64,000 bases of DNA from Octopus sinensis (lineage: Eukaryota). This document shows positions 11,871 to 23,473 of the stretch, in pieces. The stretch covers positions 4,588,001-4,652,000 of the forward strand of contig NC_043006.1 of the NCBI RefSeq assembly GCF_006345805.1, given 5' to 3'. The notes beneath the pieces were generated by a model, which saw only the letters and a program-made list of their open reading frames with translations, was not told the DNA's origin and made no database searches. Numbering within the stretch: the stretch's first letter is position 1; each line of letters opens with the position of its first letter. The translations under genes and the position numbers were made by a program.

Positions 11871-13217
11871 GTAAGTCTAATAGATGCTTTCATCTGATTT
11901 TGTAGCTCATCATCTCATTCAATTTTTAACCAGTTTAAAGTCTGGAAGAAAGGGGTTGTGGCCATGCTCTTCAGAAACCCTTGAGACTAATGAGATGAAC
12001 TGCTGCAGGAAAAACCATGCATAAAGAGAGAATTCATCATCATCATCATCATTGTTTAACATCTGCTTTCCATGCTAGCATGGGTTGGACGATTTGACTG
12101 AGAGCTGGCGAACCAGATGGCTGCACCAGTCTCCAATCTTGATCTGGCAGAGTTTCTACAGCTGGATGCCCTTCCTAACGTCAACCACTCCGAGAGAGTG
12201 TAGTGGGTGCTTTTTATGTGCCACTGGCATGGGGGCCAGTCAGGCGGCACTGGCAATGACCTTGCTCGAATCTTTTACACATGCCACCAGCACAGGTGCC
12301 AGTAAGGCGGTGCTGGTAACAATCATCCTTGAACGGTGTCTTTTATGTGCTACCTGCACAGAAGCCAGATAGCCGCTCTGGCAACTATCACAATCGGATG
12401 GTGCTTTTAATACCCTACTAGCATGGGGCTCGAGTGCCAGTAAGGTGACACTGGTAACGATTACACTCGAATGGTGCCTTTTAAGTGCCACTGGCACTGA
12501 AGCCGGTTAGCCGCTCCAGATGTTATTCCAGGGGAATAACATCATTGAGAGGACAGACAGGGTGTTTGGGTCTGAATAGAGTACAATACTGAGAGTTGAG
12601 TGAGTTGGGAGTGCACGAGTAGAAGTGGCATGGGACCAGCCAACTCTGAGCCACACAGGCTACACTAGAAAAAGGTAGGAAGAAAACGGCTGAGAGAGGA
12701 AACAGTATGTCTTCGGACCAGAAGCTGGAGAGTTTGAAGTGACTTTATGTCTATCAGTCAAGTATCCTTTCTTTGGATGCTGTCTTGGATGTGTGTGTGT
12801 AGCAGTAGCACCATTCCCCGTACCTTAGAGGTTCAGCAAAAAAGACTGGTAGAATAAGTACTAGGCTTACAAAGAATAAGTCCTGGGGTCGATTTGCTAA
12901 AGGTGGTGCTCCAGCATGGCCACAGTCAAATGACTGAAACAAGTAAAAGAGTGTATTCTCTTAATATGGAAGAATCTGAATAATTATTGGATTCTGCAAA
13001 AATATGTAAATAAAAAAGACATTTTGAAAACTAAAATATGTGCTGGTTTTTAGTTAGTGGTTTTTGCATAATATAACCAGATTTCTTTGTATTTAATTGC
13101 TTTTATAATCAAGAATTTTAAAATCTTTAATATTTCACATTTCATATTTATAAATGTTACATAAAAGAGGGATTTCAAATCTTGTTTCTTAATAATTTCC
13201 ATTTAACTATTTTCCAG

Positions 13218-13284
13218 TTCACAAGCTGTGATAAAGTGGGCTGTGGACTGTTTTTCTAATGCTGTTTTTATTGATTATGAACAG
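13218..13284 (+). CDS. LCMT2: LCMT2/TYW4 coding exon
   Basis: YSQAVIKWAVDCFSNAVFIDYEQ; ttccag acceptor, gtattt donor; phases match neighbours. Confidence 0.9.
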
Positions 13285-13848
13285 GTATTTATATCTCTTT
13301 CTGAACTGTCATGGCTCAGTGTAGCCTATGAAACTTTTGTGGTCTTTGAATAATATGAACTTTAGACTTTAGGACTTCTATGTCTTACTCAACATTTCAT
13401 GATTAATTTGTGAACAGTTAAATTTTGTTTCGGCTGATAGTAGTTAACTGGTTCAAAAACAAGGTATTTGTATGTGCTTAAAATCCTTCTTTTGCAACTT
13501 TTCTTTGATGCCAGCCATAAAACAACGGAGCAAATAATCCATGGCTGAGAGTTTAGAATTGTGAACATCAAGGCAAACCTACACACATCACATCTGGCAC
13601 TAAATCTTGTTCTTGGATTGTCCAGTATCCAGTTTATATAAGTTGCTATGTGGTGAAGAGACATTACTAGTTTTGTGGTTTGATATTGAGGAATGATAAA
13701 TAAAACTATTTAACAGATTTTTATGAAAGTTTTGGTTTGCTCCCACTTTTCTTTTCTGTTTTTCTATCAAATTTAATGCATAAAACACACAAATTATATT
13801 AGTTTTTGTTTCTACAACAAAAATTTGCATATTAGTCAATACGCACAC

Positions 13849-14335
13849 ATCATCATCATCATTTAGTGTCTGCTTTCCATGCTGGCATGGGTTGGATGGT
13901 TTGACTGGAACTGGTAGACTGGGGAACTGTACTAGGTTCCACTCTGATTTGGCTTGGTTTCTATGACTGGATTCCCTTCCTAATGCCAACCACTCCAAGA
14001 ATGCCACCAGCATGGGTGCCTTTTATGTGTGACCAGCATAAGTGCCTTTTACATGTCACCAGCACTGGCCATGTCTACGATATCCCTTGGCTTGATGAGT
14101 CTGCTCAAGCACAGTGAATCACCAAAGGTCTGAATCACTTGTCATTACCTCTCCATGAGACCCGACATTCAAAGATCATGCTTCACCACTTCACCCCATG
14201 TCTTCCTGGGTCTACCTCTTCCACAGGTTCCCTTCACACTTAGAGATCGAAACTTCTCTCCGCAGCTGTCTTCATCCTTATGCATCACACGACCATACCA
14301 ACGCAATCTTCTCTCTTGCACATCACACCTGATGC
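13849..14335 (-). mobile_element. RTE-type LINE 3' end (ORF C-terminus plus 3' UTR)
   Basis: Minus strand encodes RWYGRV...GTCGRGRPRKTW, running into the same (GAT)n-tailed 3' UTR. Confidence 0.85.
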
Positions 14336-15080
14336 CTCAACTGCATTATATAACATTTTAGAAATCATATAACAAGTTCTGATGAATAATCAAAGATCTT
14401 TGCAGTTATCTGTTTTTTGTTCATCATTATCATCATCATCGTTTAACGTCCGCTTTCCATGCTAGCATGGGTTGGACGATTTTGACTGAGGGCTGGCGAA
14501 CCAGACGGTCACACCAGGCTCCAATCTTGATCTGGCAGAGTTTCTACAGCTGGATGCCCTTCCTAATGCCAACCACTCCGTGAGTGTAGTGGGTGCTAGA
14601 AATCTGTTGACAATGTTCTTGAATGCATTTCAGGCTCTTTTCTTCACTGCTGTCAGTTTTATATCCAGAGTTTTGGATGTAAGCCTCTGCTTCACCTGTC
14701 ATCCAATGAACTTTGTGTCAGACAGCTACTTAACTGTCATGTGTTACCTACGAAGCTAAGCCCTGCTTTAGCAGGGAAAATAGCCTTATTTGTTGAATTT
14801 GTTTATATATTACATATTTGGCATTAGGAAGGGCATCCAGCTATAGAAACTCTGCCAGATCAAGATTGGAGCCTGGTGCGGCCGTCTGGTTCGCCAGTCC
14901 TCAGTCAAAATCGTCCAACCCATTCTAGCATAGAAAGCGGACATTAAACAATGATGATGATGATAGTTGTTTTTAATCTGTCAGTAAAATTATTTACCAT
15001 TCCAGTTCAGTTATTTCCTATGATAATGTGTTTGTTCATTAAAAAACAAACTACATTTAAATAAAAAAATTTACTTGTAG

Positions 15081-15112
15081 ATAAACCCTGATACAGCATT
15101 TGGACATTTTAT
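15081..15112 (+). CDS. LCMT2: LCMT2/TYW4 32-nt micro-exon
   Basis: INPDTAFGHF(M) supplies the YEQ-IxPxDxFGxxM motif; ttgtag acceptor, gtgagt donor; needed to keep the frame. Confidence 0.88.
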
Positions 15113-16186
15113 GTGAGTATCTATTAACTTTATTTTCTTAATAATTTTATTATAAATTACTTTTGAAAGTAGAAATAAGACAATCAAATAAAATTTTCAA
15201 TACAAAAGGATTCAGTGTTCCTTATATACAATCTCTGAAATTATTATTTTTGTGATCATTGCCATTAACTGCAGGGGAAAAATAAATTAAATCTCTTATA
15301 TTTTGCTGATGAGGATGTCAAATGTAAAGATGTAAGACATTTGGGTACTTAAGAAAATTTAATAGGTTAAATAAAATATATTTTATGAAAAATATTAACA
15401 GTAACTGCAACAGTTTTTGCCAATGTAAAGAGATTAAGTAATCAGTACCTTGGAGCCTCCAAGTTACCGAAAGGTATTATTTTGAATCAAATTGACTCTC
15501 TAATGAGCTAATTACAATAATTGCAATGTCAAATGAGCTACTATGAATTTTAATTTATTGTTTAAAAAAGTTTGTATTAAGGTAAAAACTGAAATAGATA
15601 AGTGAAACGTATTAAATGTGTCATTTCATCATTAAATACTTATTAAATGTTATTGTTTCACAGTGGAACATTTATAAGGAACATATTTAATATGAGCAAA
15701 ACGCCCCACCCCTCCAATGGACGGTGCTGAGTTGTCAAACATTTAAACCAAATTTTCTCAAAACAACTTGTCCGACCTTTGAGAAACACTGATTTAACCT
15801 AAATTTGAGACACCAGCAAAAGAAGAAATAAAGATGGACTTTTTCTTGCAAGACGTGTAGTATCGATTGCAACAGCTGATGTACTTGCACTTACAAATGT
15901 ACATTTCCATGGCTTTATTGATCGTATTCTCACCTGGAATCGATTTTTGCAATTTTTTCAAGACTTATACACGCCCTGATACTGTTGGTATCTACATATC
16001 AAATTTGAGCGCAATCAGATGGAGGATGCCCGAGATCCTAGAAGACAGACAGACAGACAGACAGAATGGATTTTATATAAGAGATGTTGATTGATTAATT
16101 CTTCCCTTCAGCTAAGAGTCATTTGCTTGATTTTACTATCATTTTATTATCTGATCAAATAATCCTTTGACTTTTAATTCTTTTAG

Positions 16187-16277
16187 GCAGAACCATTTTA
16201 AGAAGACTGGATCAACTTTGAAATGTATTAATACTTTCCCTAGCTTGCAATCACAAACAGAGAGATTTTTTAGACTG
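16187..16277 (+). CDS. LCMT2: LCMT2/TYW4 coding exon
   Basis: MQNHFKKTGSTLKCINTFPSLQSQTERFFRL; ttttag acceptor, gtgtgt donor. Confidence 0.9.
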
Positions 16278-16463
16278 GTGTGTATTATAATGTATTATTG
16301 TATCATTAATGAAATTTAATTGCTTTTATAATTTTGATTATCTAGATTAGATTTAACATATTCATGCTATTTTGTTTAACTAAAAAAAATAATTACATAA
16401 AATGCATAAAATAATTACAATTATTTGTGCGAGTTTTCTCCATTGCTTGCTGTAAAAAGATAT

Positions 16464-16862
16464 TTTTCATTTCATTTCATCTAGTTTTAGCTCACGAGCT
16501 GTGGCCATGCTGGGGCACCACCATTTGGTGTTGCTACATGATTTTACTTTACGAATGCTTTTTAGCAATTGACATTTGGTGCATGAGAGAGTTTGATGCA
16601 GCTGCCCTCATCTGCACCTCCTGTCGTGAAGTTGGTTCATCTGGGACACCTGACAGGAAGAGGCCCAGCTTTATTTTAAAGACATCTGCATCCACCCCAT
16701 GCAGGTCTCTCAGGTCCTTTGGGAGGATATTGAAGAGCTGTGGGCCTCTGAAGCCCAGGCTATCACAGTATCTTGTCCTACATCTTGATGGCAAATTTGG
16801 AGTCCCTGGCACTATGCAGTGGCGCCCAGTTCTGGCATTTGTGTAACTCTCAATGCCAAAGT
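16464..16862 (-). mobile_element. CR1-group LINE 3' end
   Basis: ORF 16549-16812 GPQLFNILPKDLR...FKIKLGLFLSGVPDEP...RAAASNSL resembles a CR1/L2-group ORF2 C-terminus; (TGAAA)n tail. Confidence 0.75.
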
Positions 16863-17120
16863 TTATGTATATTTTGAACTGGTGGATGCAATTTATATTG
16901 CAAAAGCATAAGAATTTAGTTTTTTTTTTTCATATGCTTTTCAAGGTTAGTTAAGACTATAATGGTAAATGTGAAAACTAAGGTAAAGATAGGCAGTGGA
17001 ATTTAAGAAGTTACCTTTATAACTTTATGGCTTTATTAAGTATAATGAAACACCATTTTTGTATATTTAGTTTGGTTTCTGGTTAATTAAAATTGTGTTT
17101 TGAAATTTCGCTTTGTATAG

Positions 17121-17310
17121 GGTTGGGAAGTGTATAGATGCTGGGATATGAACGACATCTTCTTTAATCTGGTTTCAATGACGGAGAAAGAAGACATTGA
17201 ACGAAAAGAGTTATTTGATGAATTTGAAGGATGGCATTTGGTTTGCAGTCACTACACAATTATTTGGGCCAGTATTGGTTCTCCGAATAGCTATTGTCAC
17301 GAAGTTCATC
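17121..17310 (+). CDS. LCMT2: LCMT2/TYW4 coding exon (end of LCM domain)
   Basis: GWEVYRCWDMNDIFF...ELFDEFEGWHLVCSHYTIIWAS matches the LCM ExFDExEEWxxxCxHY motif; gtatag acceptor, gtgagt donor. Confidence 0.94.
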
Positions 17311-17632
17311 GTGAGTCCTTTTTACCATTCAATTTGTTTTTTTTACTTTTGTTAATGCTGTTTTAAAATTGTTATATTTATTTCATTGCAATCATCATCA
17401 TCATCATCATCATTTAACGTCTGCTTTCCATGCTGGCATGGGTTGGATGGATGGACGGTTTTTATCACAAAGTCTTTAAATAACGAGTTATTGAACAAAT
17501 CATATTAGTTTACTAGGCAATAATAGAATTTAAAAAGTTCATTGAAACACTAAAACTTGCCTCCAGTAACAACCTCATTGATTTCTGCATCTTCACACTG
17601 TTTTGATCACAGATGAAAATAATATAATTTAG

Positions 17633-17936
17633 TTTACATTATTTATATTTGATGGATAATAGTCCTCATCTTGTTTGTTGTTAACACAACATTTCGGCTG
17701 ATATACCCTCCAGCCTTCATCAGGTGTCCTGAGGAAATTTTGAACCTGGGTTCTCATTCCTAACGTATTTTTCGATGTTATTATAATTATTCAGGTCACT
17801 ACCTGGAATTGAACTCGGAATCTTAGGGTTAGTAGCCCGCACTCTTAACCACTATGCCATATGCCCAGGCATATGGTGTAGTGGTTAAGAGCGTGGCTAT
17901 TAACCCCAAGATTCTGAGTTCGATTCCAGGCAGTGA

Positions 17937-17977
<41 letters not shown>

Positions 17978-18147
17978 TTGAAAAAAGCCTTAGGAATGAG
18001 AACCCAGGCTCGAAATTTCCCCAAAACACCTGATGAAGGCTGGAGGATATATCAGCTGAAACGCTGTATTAATAACAAACAAGATGAGGACAAATATCTG
18101 TCAAATGTAAATAATGTACATAATTCCTCATCTCTTAAATATGGAAC
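17633..18147. mobile_element. Fold-back element with back-to-back tRNA-like heads and hammerhead-like motifs (Penelope-like non-autonomous element)
   Basis: Inverted arms spanning 17635-18118 centred near 17866; unpaired right-hand extension to 18147; 12-bp TSD AATATAATTTAG at 17621-17632 and 18148-18159. Confidence 0.8.
18025..18070 (+). ncRNA. Minimal type I hammerhead-ribozyme-like motif (degenerate); mirror copy at 17683-17728 on minus strand
   Basis: AACAC-CTGATGA-A-GGCTG(loop)CAGCT-GAAAC-GCT-GTATT; two-arm consensus restores CAGCC-GAAACGTT-GTGTT. Confidence 0.6.
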
Positions 18148-18269
18148 AATATAATTTAGAGCTACAAATATTAATTAAAGTGTAATTAAATTCACCCTTT
18201 TAACTTAAAGATTTTTTAGAATTTGTTAACAATAGCAATTTATGTATCTAGATCAGTAGTTTTTAATCA

Positions 18270-18628
18270 TCTCTCTATATATAAATGTCTGTGTGTGTGC
18301 ATGTCCTTTATACAAATCCACAATTTTTCAGTTGAGGGCTCACACTTTCTATGGTCATTCAAAACCGTCCAAGGGTGGTTGTGCACATCTTTACATTTCC
18401 CCAGTCAACCCGCAAAGCCATTAAAAAATCAATAGAAGTGACTTTTTTGTGAATTTTCTATCCCAAACCCAATCAAAATGCCTGAAACTTGATACGCCAA
18501 TTGAATGCCAGCTAGCTGTATGTGATTGGTCGGAGATTTGGACAGTACTCGCGTGTATGTGCGCACGCACGCAGCTGTATATGCATGCACTAGCACTATG
18601 ACCTGGTGTTGCTGGGTCATAGTGCTAG
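18270..18628 (+). mobile_element. Non-autonomous Helitron (second family)
   Basis: A|TCTCTCTATATATAAA...GACCTGGTGTTGCTGGGTC hairpin...CTAG|T. Confidence 0.75.
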
Positions 18629-20088
18629 TATATCTACTAAATCATATTCCGTGCTTTTATGTACAACTACAGTTTCCACAAAACCAATGATAATTAACAG
18701 CTATCTTAATTGCTCCTGCTACTAGCATGTTAACCTCTATGAAACACAGATCTTTCACATCTTATCTTTTATTTCATCTCTGTTGTCAAGATTACTTTCT
18801 CTATTCAACTTCACTGTGAAAGGCGATATCAGCAAATATGTAGATTGCTCTCTCTCTCTCTCTCTCTCTACCACTCACATCTCATCTGGACATCAGCAGC
18901 AAAGATTTTCAGTTGGTCTACTTAAAAAAAAATTTTTTTACTCATTTTTCCAAATACATATTCTCTGAACTCCTCCCACCACCACCAACTCTCCCTGTAT
19001 TAAGGACATCTGTTTCACTTCACCCTTTTTTTAACTCATCATTCTTGGTAACTTTGGTGTTTCAAATTCTTCATGTCTCTTATACTTATGCTTCATTGAT
19101 GTTGCTATTGCAGAAACCAAATCTTTTACAAGGCTTCTTTATAAAAGTTATTTCCATCCCTAGCGAGGTCATGCAAACTGACACCCATGTTGGTGGCACA
19201 TAAAAGCACCTATTACACTCACAGAGTGGTTGGCATTAGGAAGGGCATCCAGCTGTAGAAACCATGCCAAATCAGACTAGAGTCTGGTGCAGCCTTCCAG
19301 AACAAGATTTAGCTTCGGAGTCAATAAATTAAGTACCAGTTACGCACTGGGGTAGATGTAATTGACTTAATCTCTTTGTCTGTCCTTGTTTGTCCCTTCT
19401 ATGTTTAGCCCCTTGTGAGTAATAAAGAAATAAGAATAGGTTGCCATTTATGGCTGCTTCTAGCATATTTGAGATGTTAGAAATGGTGGTGGTGGTCAGA
19501 TGTTGGCGAGATCACAAGGTTGCACTTCTTGAACATGGGACACATTATCATGTCTTGTTATAGATTATTATAGATCGTTTTATGTGAGTATAGAGGCTAA
19601 CTCTGTATCAGATAATATGAAAGAAATTTGGACAGTTATGAGGCAGTGGTCAGACTGTTCACTGGTGGCTGAGACAAAGATGAGCAGGTTCCTGAGGTGA
19701 ACAAAAAAATTAATTGTTTTTAGTAGAGTCAGAAATAATTTGGATTATAGATTGTAACCAGAATAGCTGATCGTTAAAGATTGATGATAAAAGGTTTTTG
19801 TTTTGGAGAGAGATAAGATATATAGCTTGCATGTTAGCAGTAGATGATGGGTACACTAAGACTGGACTGAAGTCTGTGGGTAGTGCCAGAGGTGTATGTT
19901 CAAGGTTGCTTCAGATATTTCAACAAATCATTACAGAGGGATAGAGAAGGTTAAATGCGTATTTTAATGAATACAATTCATCTAATATTATTTTAATTTC
20001 AAAATTGTTGTTATCAAAGGATAAGAAATTTTATTAAATACTGTTTAGTAAATGGTTTTATATATTGTAAATGGTTTTTCTATTTCAG

Positions 20089-20358
20089 AAAAAATTGACA
20101 CTGTTTACCGAAGTGCTACAATTGCAACAAAACAGACCCAGATTAACGAAAGAGCTATACAATTGTTGAATTCATCAGAGACAATTATGAGATTTGGACA
20201 TTCATGTGCTGTAATTCCTTCAGGGTTGTTGGTCATATATGGAGGATTTGGAATGGAAAATTCACATCATCAGCGACTGTCTAATATTTCAATAGTTGAA
20301 CTGAAATCTTGGGAAACGGTGAAGATTTCAACATCAAAATTTGAAAAACAAACAGAAG
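20089..20358 (+). CDS. LCMT2: LCMT2/TYW4 coding exon (Kelch-type repeat)
   Basis: QKIDTVY...MRFGHSCAVIPSGLLVIYGGFG...KFEKQTE; tttcag acceptor, GT at 20359; phase 1 both ends. Confidence 0.9.
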
Positions 20359-20573
20359 GTTTTTATCAGTTTGTCAATATGTAAAAGTAAAAAAAAATGA
20401 TATTTTAAGATTTTCATTAAGTTTGGTGTTAATGAACTAATTGGAATATTTTAAAGTATATTTTGAAGATGGTGTATTTAGGATTAAATGCTTGTTTTAA
20501 CATTCTTGGTGTTAGATTCCTTTAGTATTTGTGATATTAAAAGTTGAAATAATGTTAAATTTTCTTTTTGCAG

Positions 20574-20876
20574 TGGCTCGTATGTATCACACAAGTATTG
20601 TGATATCTCCTAACACAATTTTCTTATTTGGTGGAAGAACATCTCCTCGCAAAGCTTGCCAAGATGCCATTTTAATAAACCTTGAAGAACTAACAGATAG
20701 CTCCAGTGATCTTGGTTCTACAACTGCTACTCATGATGAAGACGAGCAAATATTGGAGCCCCTGAAATTTGATTTAAGATCAAGTTCTTATAATATGACA
20801 TTTAGGAAAGTAAAAATGTACGGAGAACAACCTTGTGCCAGATGGCGGCACACAGCTACAGCATTCCAGAAAAATG
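20574..20876 (+). CDS. LCMT2: LCMT2/TYW4 coding exon (Kelch-type repeats)
   Basis: VARMYHTSIVISPNTIFLFGGRTSP...PCARWRHTATAFQKN; ttgcag acceptor, gtaatt donor. Confidence 0.93.
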
Positions 20877-20978
20877 GTAATTATCAAATTAGAAATTCAT
20901 TCAAATTCATTTTGAAATTAACTCTGTTAGTATCAACATTGTTCATTTTAAACATTTTGGGGGATGAGTAATCATTAA

Positions 20979-21964
20979 TCGTTTAACATTTAAACTGGCC
21001 ATCATCATCATCATCATCATCGTTTAACGTCCGTTCTCCATGCTAGCATGGGTTGGACGGTTCGACCGGGGATCTGGGAAGCCAGGAGGCTGCACCAGGC
21101 TCCAGTCTTATCTGGCAATGTTTCTACAGCTGGATGCCCTCCCTAACGCCAACCACTCCGTGAGTGTAGTGGGTGCTTTTTATGTGCCACCTACATAGGT
21201 GCCAGGCGAGGCTGGCAATGGCCACAGTCGGATTGGTGCATTTTACGTGCCACCGGCACGGAAGCCAGTTGAGGCGGCGCTGGCATTGGCCACGATTCGG
21301 ATTGTGCTTTTTACGTACCACCAGTCCGGGGGTCCTGGCATCTGCCGGGTGCCAGTCATAGGATTGGTTCAATTTCGATTTCGACCAAAATAATCTACCT
21401 GTGTTATCTTCAAACTGACCAGACCCAGCCTTTCACATTTACCCTACAATATTATTCTAAAAAATAAGCAATAGGTGCAGGAGTGGCTGTGTGGTAAGTA
21501 GCTTGCTTACCAATCACATGGTTCCGGGTTCAGTCCCACTGCGTGGCATCTTGGGCAAGTGTCTTCTGCTATAGCCCCGGGCCAACCAATGCCTTGTGAG
21601 TGGATTTGGTAGATGGAAACTGAAAGAAGCCTGTCGTATATATGTATATATATATGTGTATGTGTTTATGTGTCTGTGTTTGTCCCCCTAGCATTGCTTG
21701 ACAACCGATGCTGGTGTGTTTACATACCCGTCACTTAGCGGTTCAGCAAAAGTGGACCGATAGAATAAGTACTGGGCTTACAAAGAATAAGTCCCAGGGT
21801 CGATTTGCTCGACTAAAGGCGGTGCTCCAGCATGGTCGCAGTCAAATGACTGAAACAAGTAAAAGAGTAATCATGTCATTGAAATTTCAAAGCTACAACG
21901 TAATGCATGACTAATTCATATCAATGTGAATTAGGTTTGACAGAGAAACCCAAATGCTAAAGGG
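20979..21964. mobile_element. piggyBac-like MITE hosting an RTE 3' fragment (about 21001-21385) and a SINE A (about 21474-21870)
   Basis: TTAA at 20975-20978 and 21965-21968; right TIR AAATGCTAAAGGG, degenerate left TIR; related fragment near 8905-9005. Confidence 0.65.
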
Positions 21965-22519
21965 TTAAAATCAGCCCTAGTTCTTACCTCATCAACTCCA
22001 GATGTCAACATACGGAAAGTCGCACAACCAAATAACACAAATTCTATTTGGTGCTCTACTGATTCCAGTGTCAACTGACTCCTTAAATGTTAGCATTTAT
22101 TTATATCAGTTTTGTCTTGCACAATGTATAAAGTGTGGCATTATAAAGTGTAGGTGATGTTTTTGGAAAGGGTTGAAATGTTCTCAATGCAGGAAGAGGT
22201 ACGGTTAAAGAGTTGCTGGTGGTTGAAGGAGTCTGGATAGTAATGGAGGAAGTGGATGTATTTAAGGGATGATGGAGGGAGAGGGAGATGCACTTTGAAT
22301 TAAATACAATGATAAAGAAGGGGAGTGTCCGAAATCTTGCCCAAACATTTGAAAATCTAAAGATTGCACAGAAACTTTTTTTTCATTCAAACATGCCCAG
22401 AACTTCTTAGTTTTACTAACTTTTTGAAGAATTAAAATTAAAATTGCAAAAGTTTGAACATTTATTATTGGAGAAAAGATTTTTTTATCCGTAACTGGAA
22501 GATTCTTTTTCATTGAAAG

Positions 22520-22617
22520 GTCATCCACAGATGATTATATACGGAGGACGAACAGAACAACATATTCCCCTTGATGATTGTTATATTTTAGATTTAAATT
22601 CCTGGCATTGGTCGAAG
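22520..22617 (+). CDS. LCMT2: LCMT2/TYW4 coding exon (Kelch-type repeat)
   Basis: GHPQMIIYGGRTEQHIPLDDCYILDLNSWHWSK; the in-phase acceptor is the AAG ending at 22519; donor gtttgt. Confidence 0.85.
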
Positions 22618-22919
22618 GTTTGTAATGAGTTTTATATTTTTTGCATAGATTAGGGTGGTGGAGGTGGTAAGAACAGAAGCCTACCATTTAGGTTTTTTCC
22701 AATTTAATTCCTTATTTTACCAAGTTAAAATTTCCAATATTGTTTGTATTTTACTTTTTGGGTATAAAATGGATATAATAATTTTTTATTTCTTGTTTAG
22801 ATTTTGGGTCCCTCATTTTATCAGTGGGATTCGGATGTCTCTCACATTCCTTTGATTAGCATATTCCAAATGTTTAGTGAAGATTATGTTTTGATTTTAT
22901 CCTCTTGAAATATATTTTT

Positions 22920-23473
22920 TTTGGAGTAAAGATTATTTGCCAACATAACATGGCAGTCCTGGTTTAGGACGAATGTTGCTGTAATTTAGCCCCAGGAGAC
23001 ATCGTCTCCAGTTGGTTGTATGACACGATCTGTGTCCTTATATTTTCGAACAAGGGAATTTAGCACCCCCACTCAACTCAAAACAATATCTGTGTATCAC
23101 AATTTTTGGGTTATTTCCCTTCATCAACCCAGAATAATTGCTGCCAAATTCTTATTCAAAATATATAGTTTTCAAAGTGACAACTAGTCACTGATCTATG
23201 AATTAGAATTACTATTTGTAAATCTCACAACAGAAATCGCGATACACAGATATTGTTTTGAGCTGAGTGGGGGTGCTAGATTCCCTTGTTTGAAAATATA
23301 AGGACACAGATCATATCATATAGCCAGCTGGAGATGATGTCTCCTGGGGTTAAATTACAGCAACATTTGTCCTAAACCAGGACTGCCATGTTATGTTGGC
23401 AAACAATCTTTACTCCAAAGTACTGTTGCTGAATATCTCTCGTTGTGAGATTTACAAATAGTAATTTTCTAAT
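22920..23473. repeat. Long nested inverted repeat
   Basis: About 190-bp arms 22920-23108 / 23231-23419, plus a second 25-bp inverted pair 23207-23231 / 23442-23466. Confidence 0.85.

Noticed and set aside
17868-17940. Functional tRNA gene
   Set aside because: A/B boxes and an anticodon-like hairpin are present, but there is no paired acceptor stem or oligo-T terminator and it lies within a TSD-flanked repeat; the same applies to the SINE heads.
22528-22533. CAG|ATG as the acceptor of the LCMT2 exon
   Set aside because: Phase 0, incompatible with the upstream phase-1 donor; the AG ending at 22519 keeps the frame.
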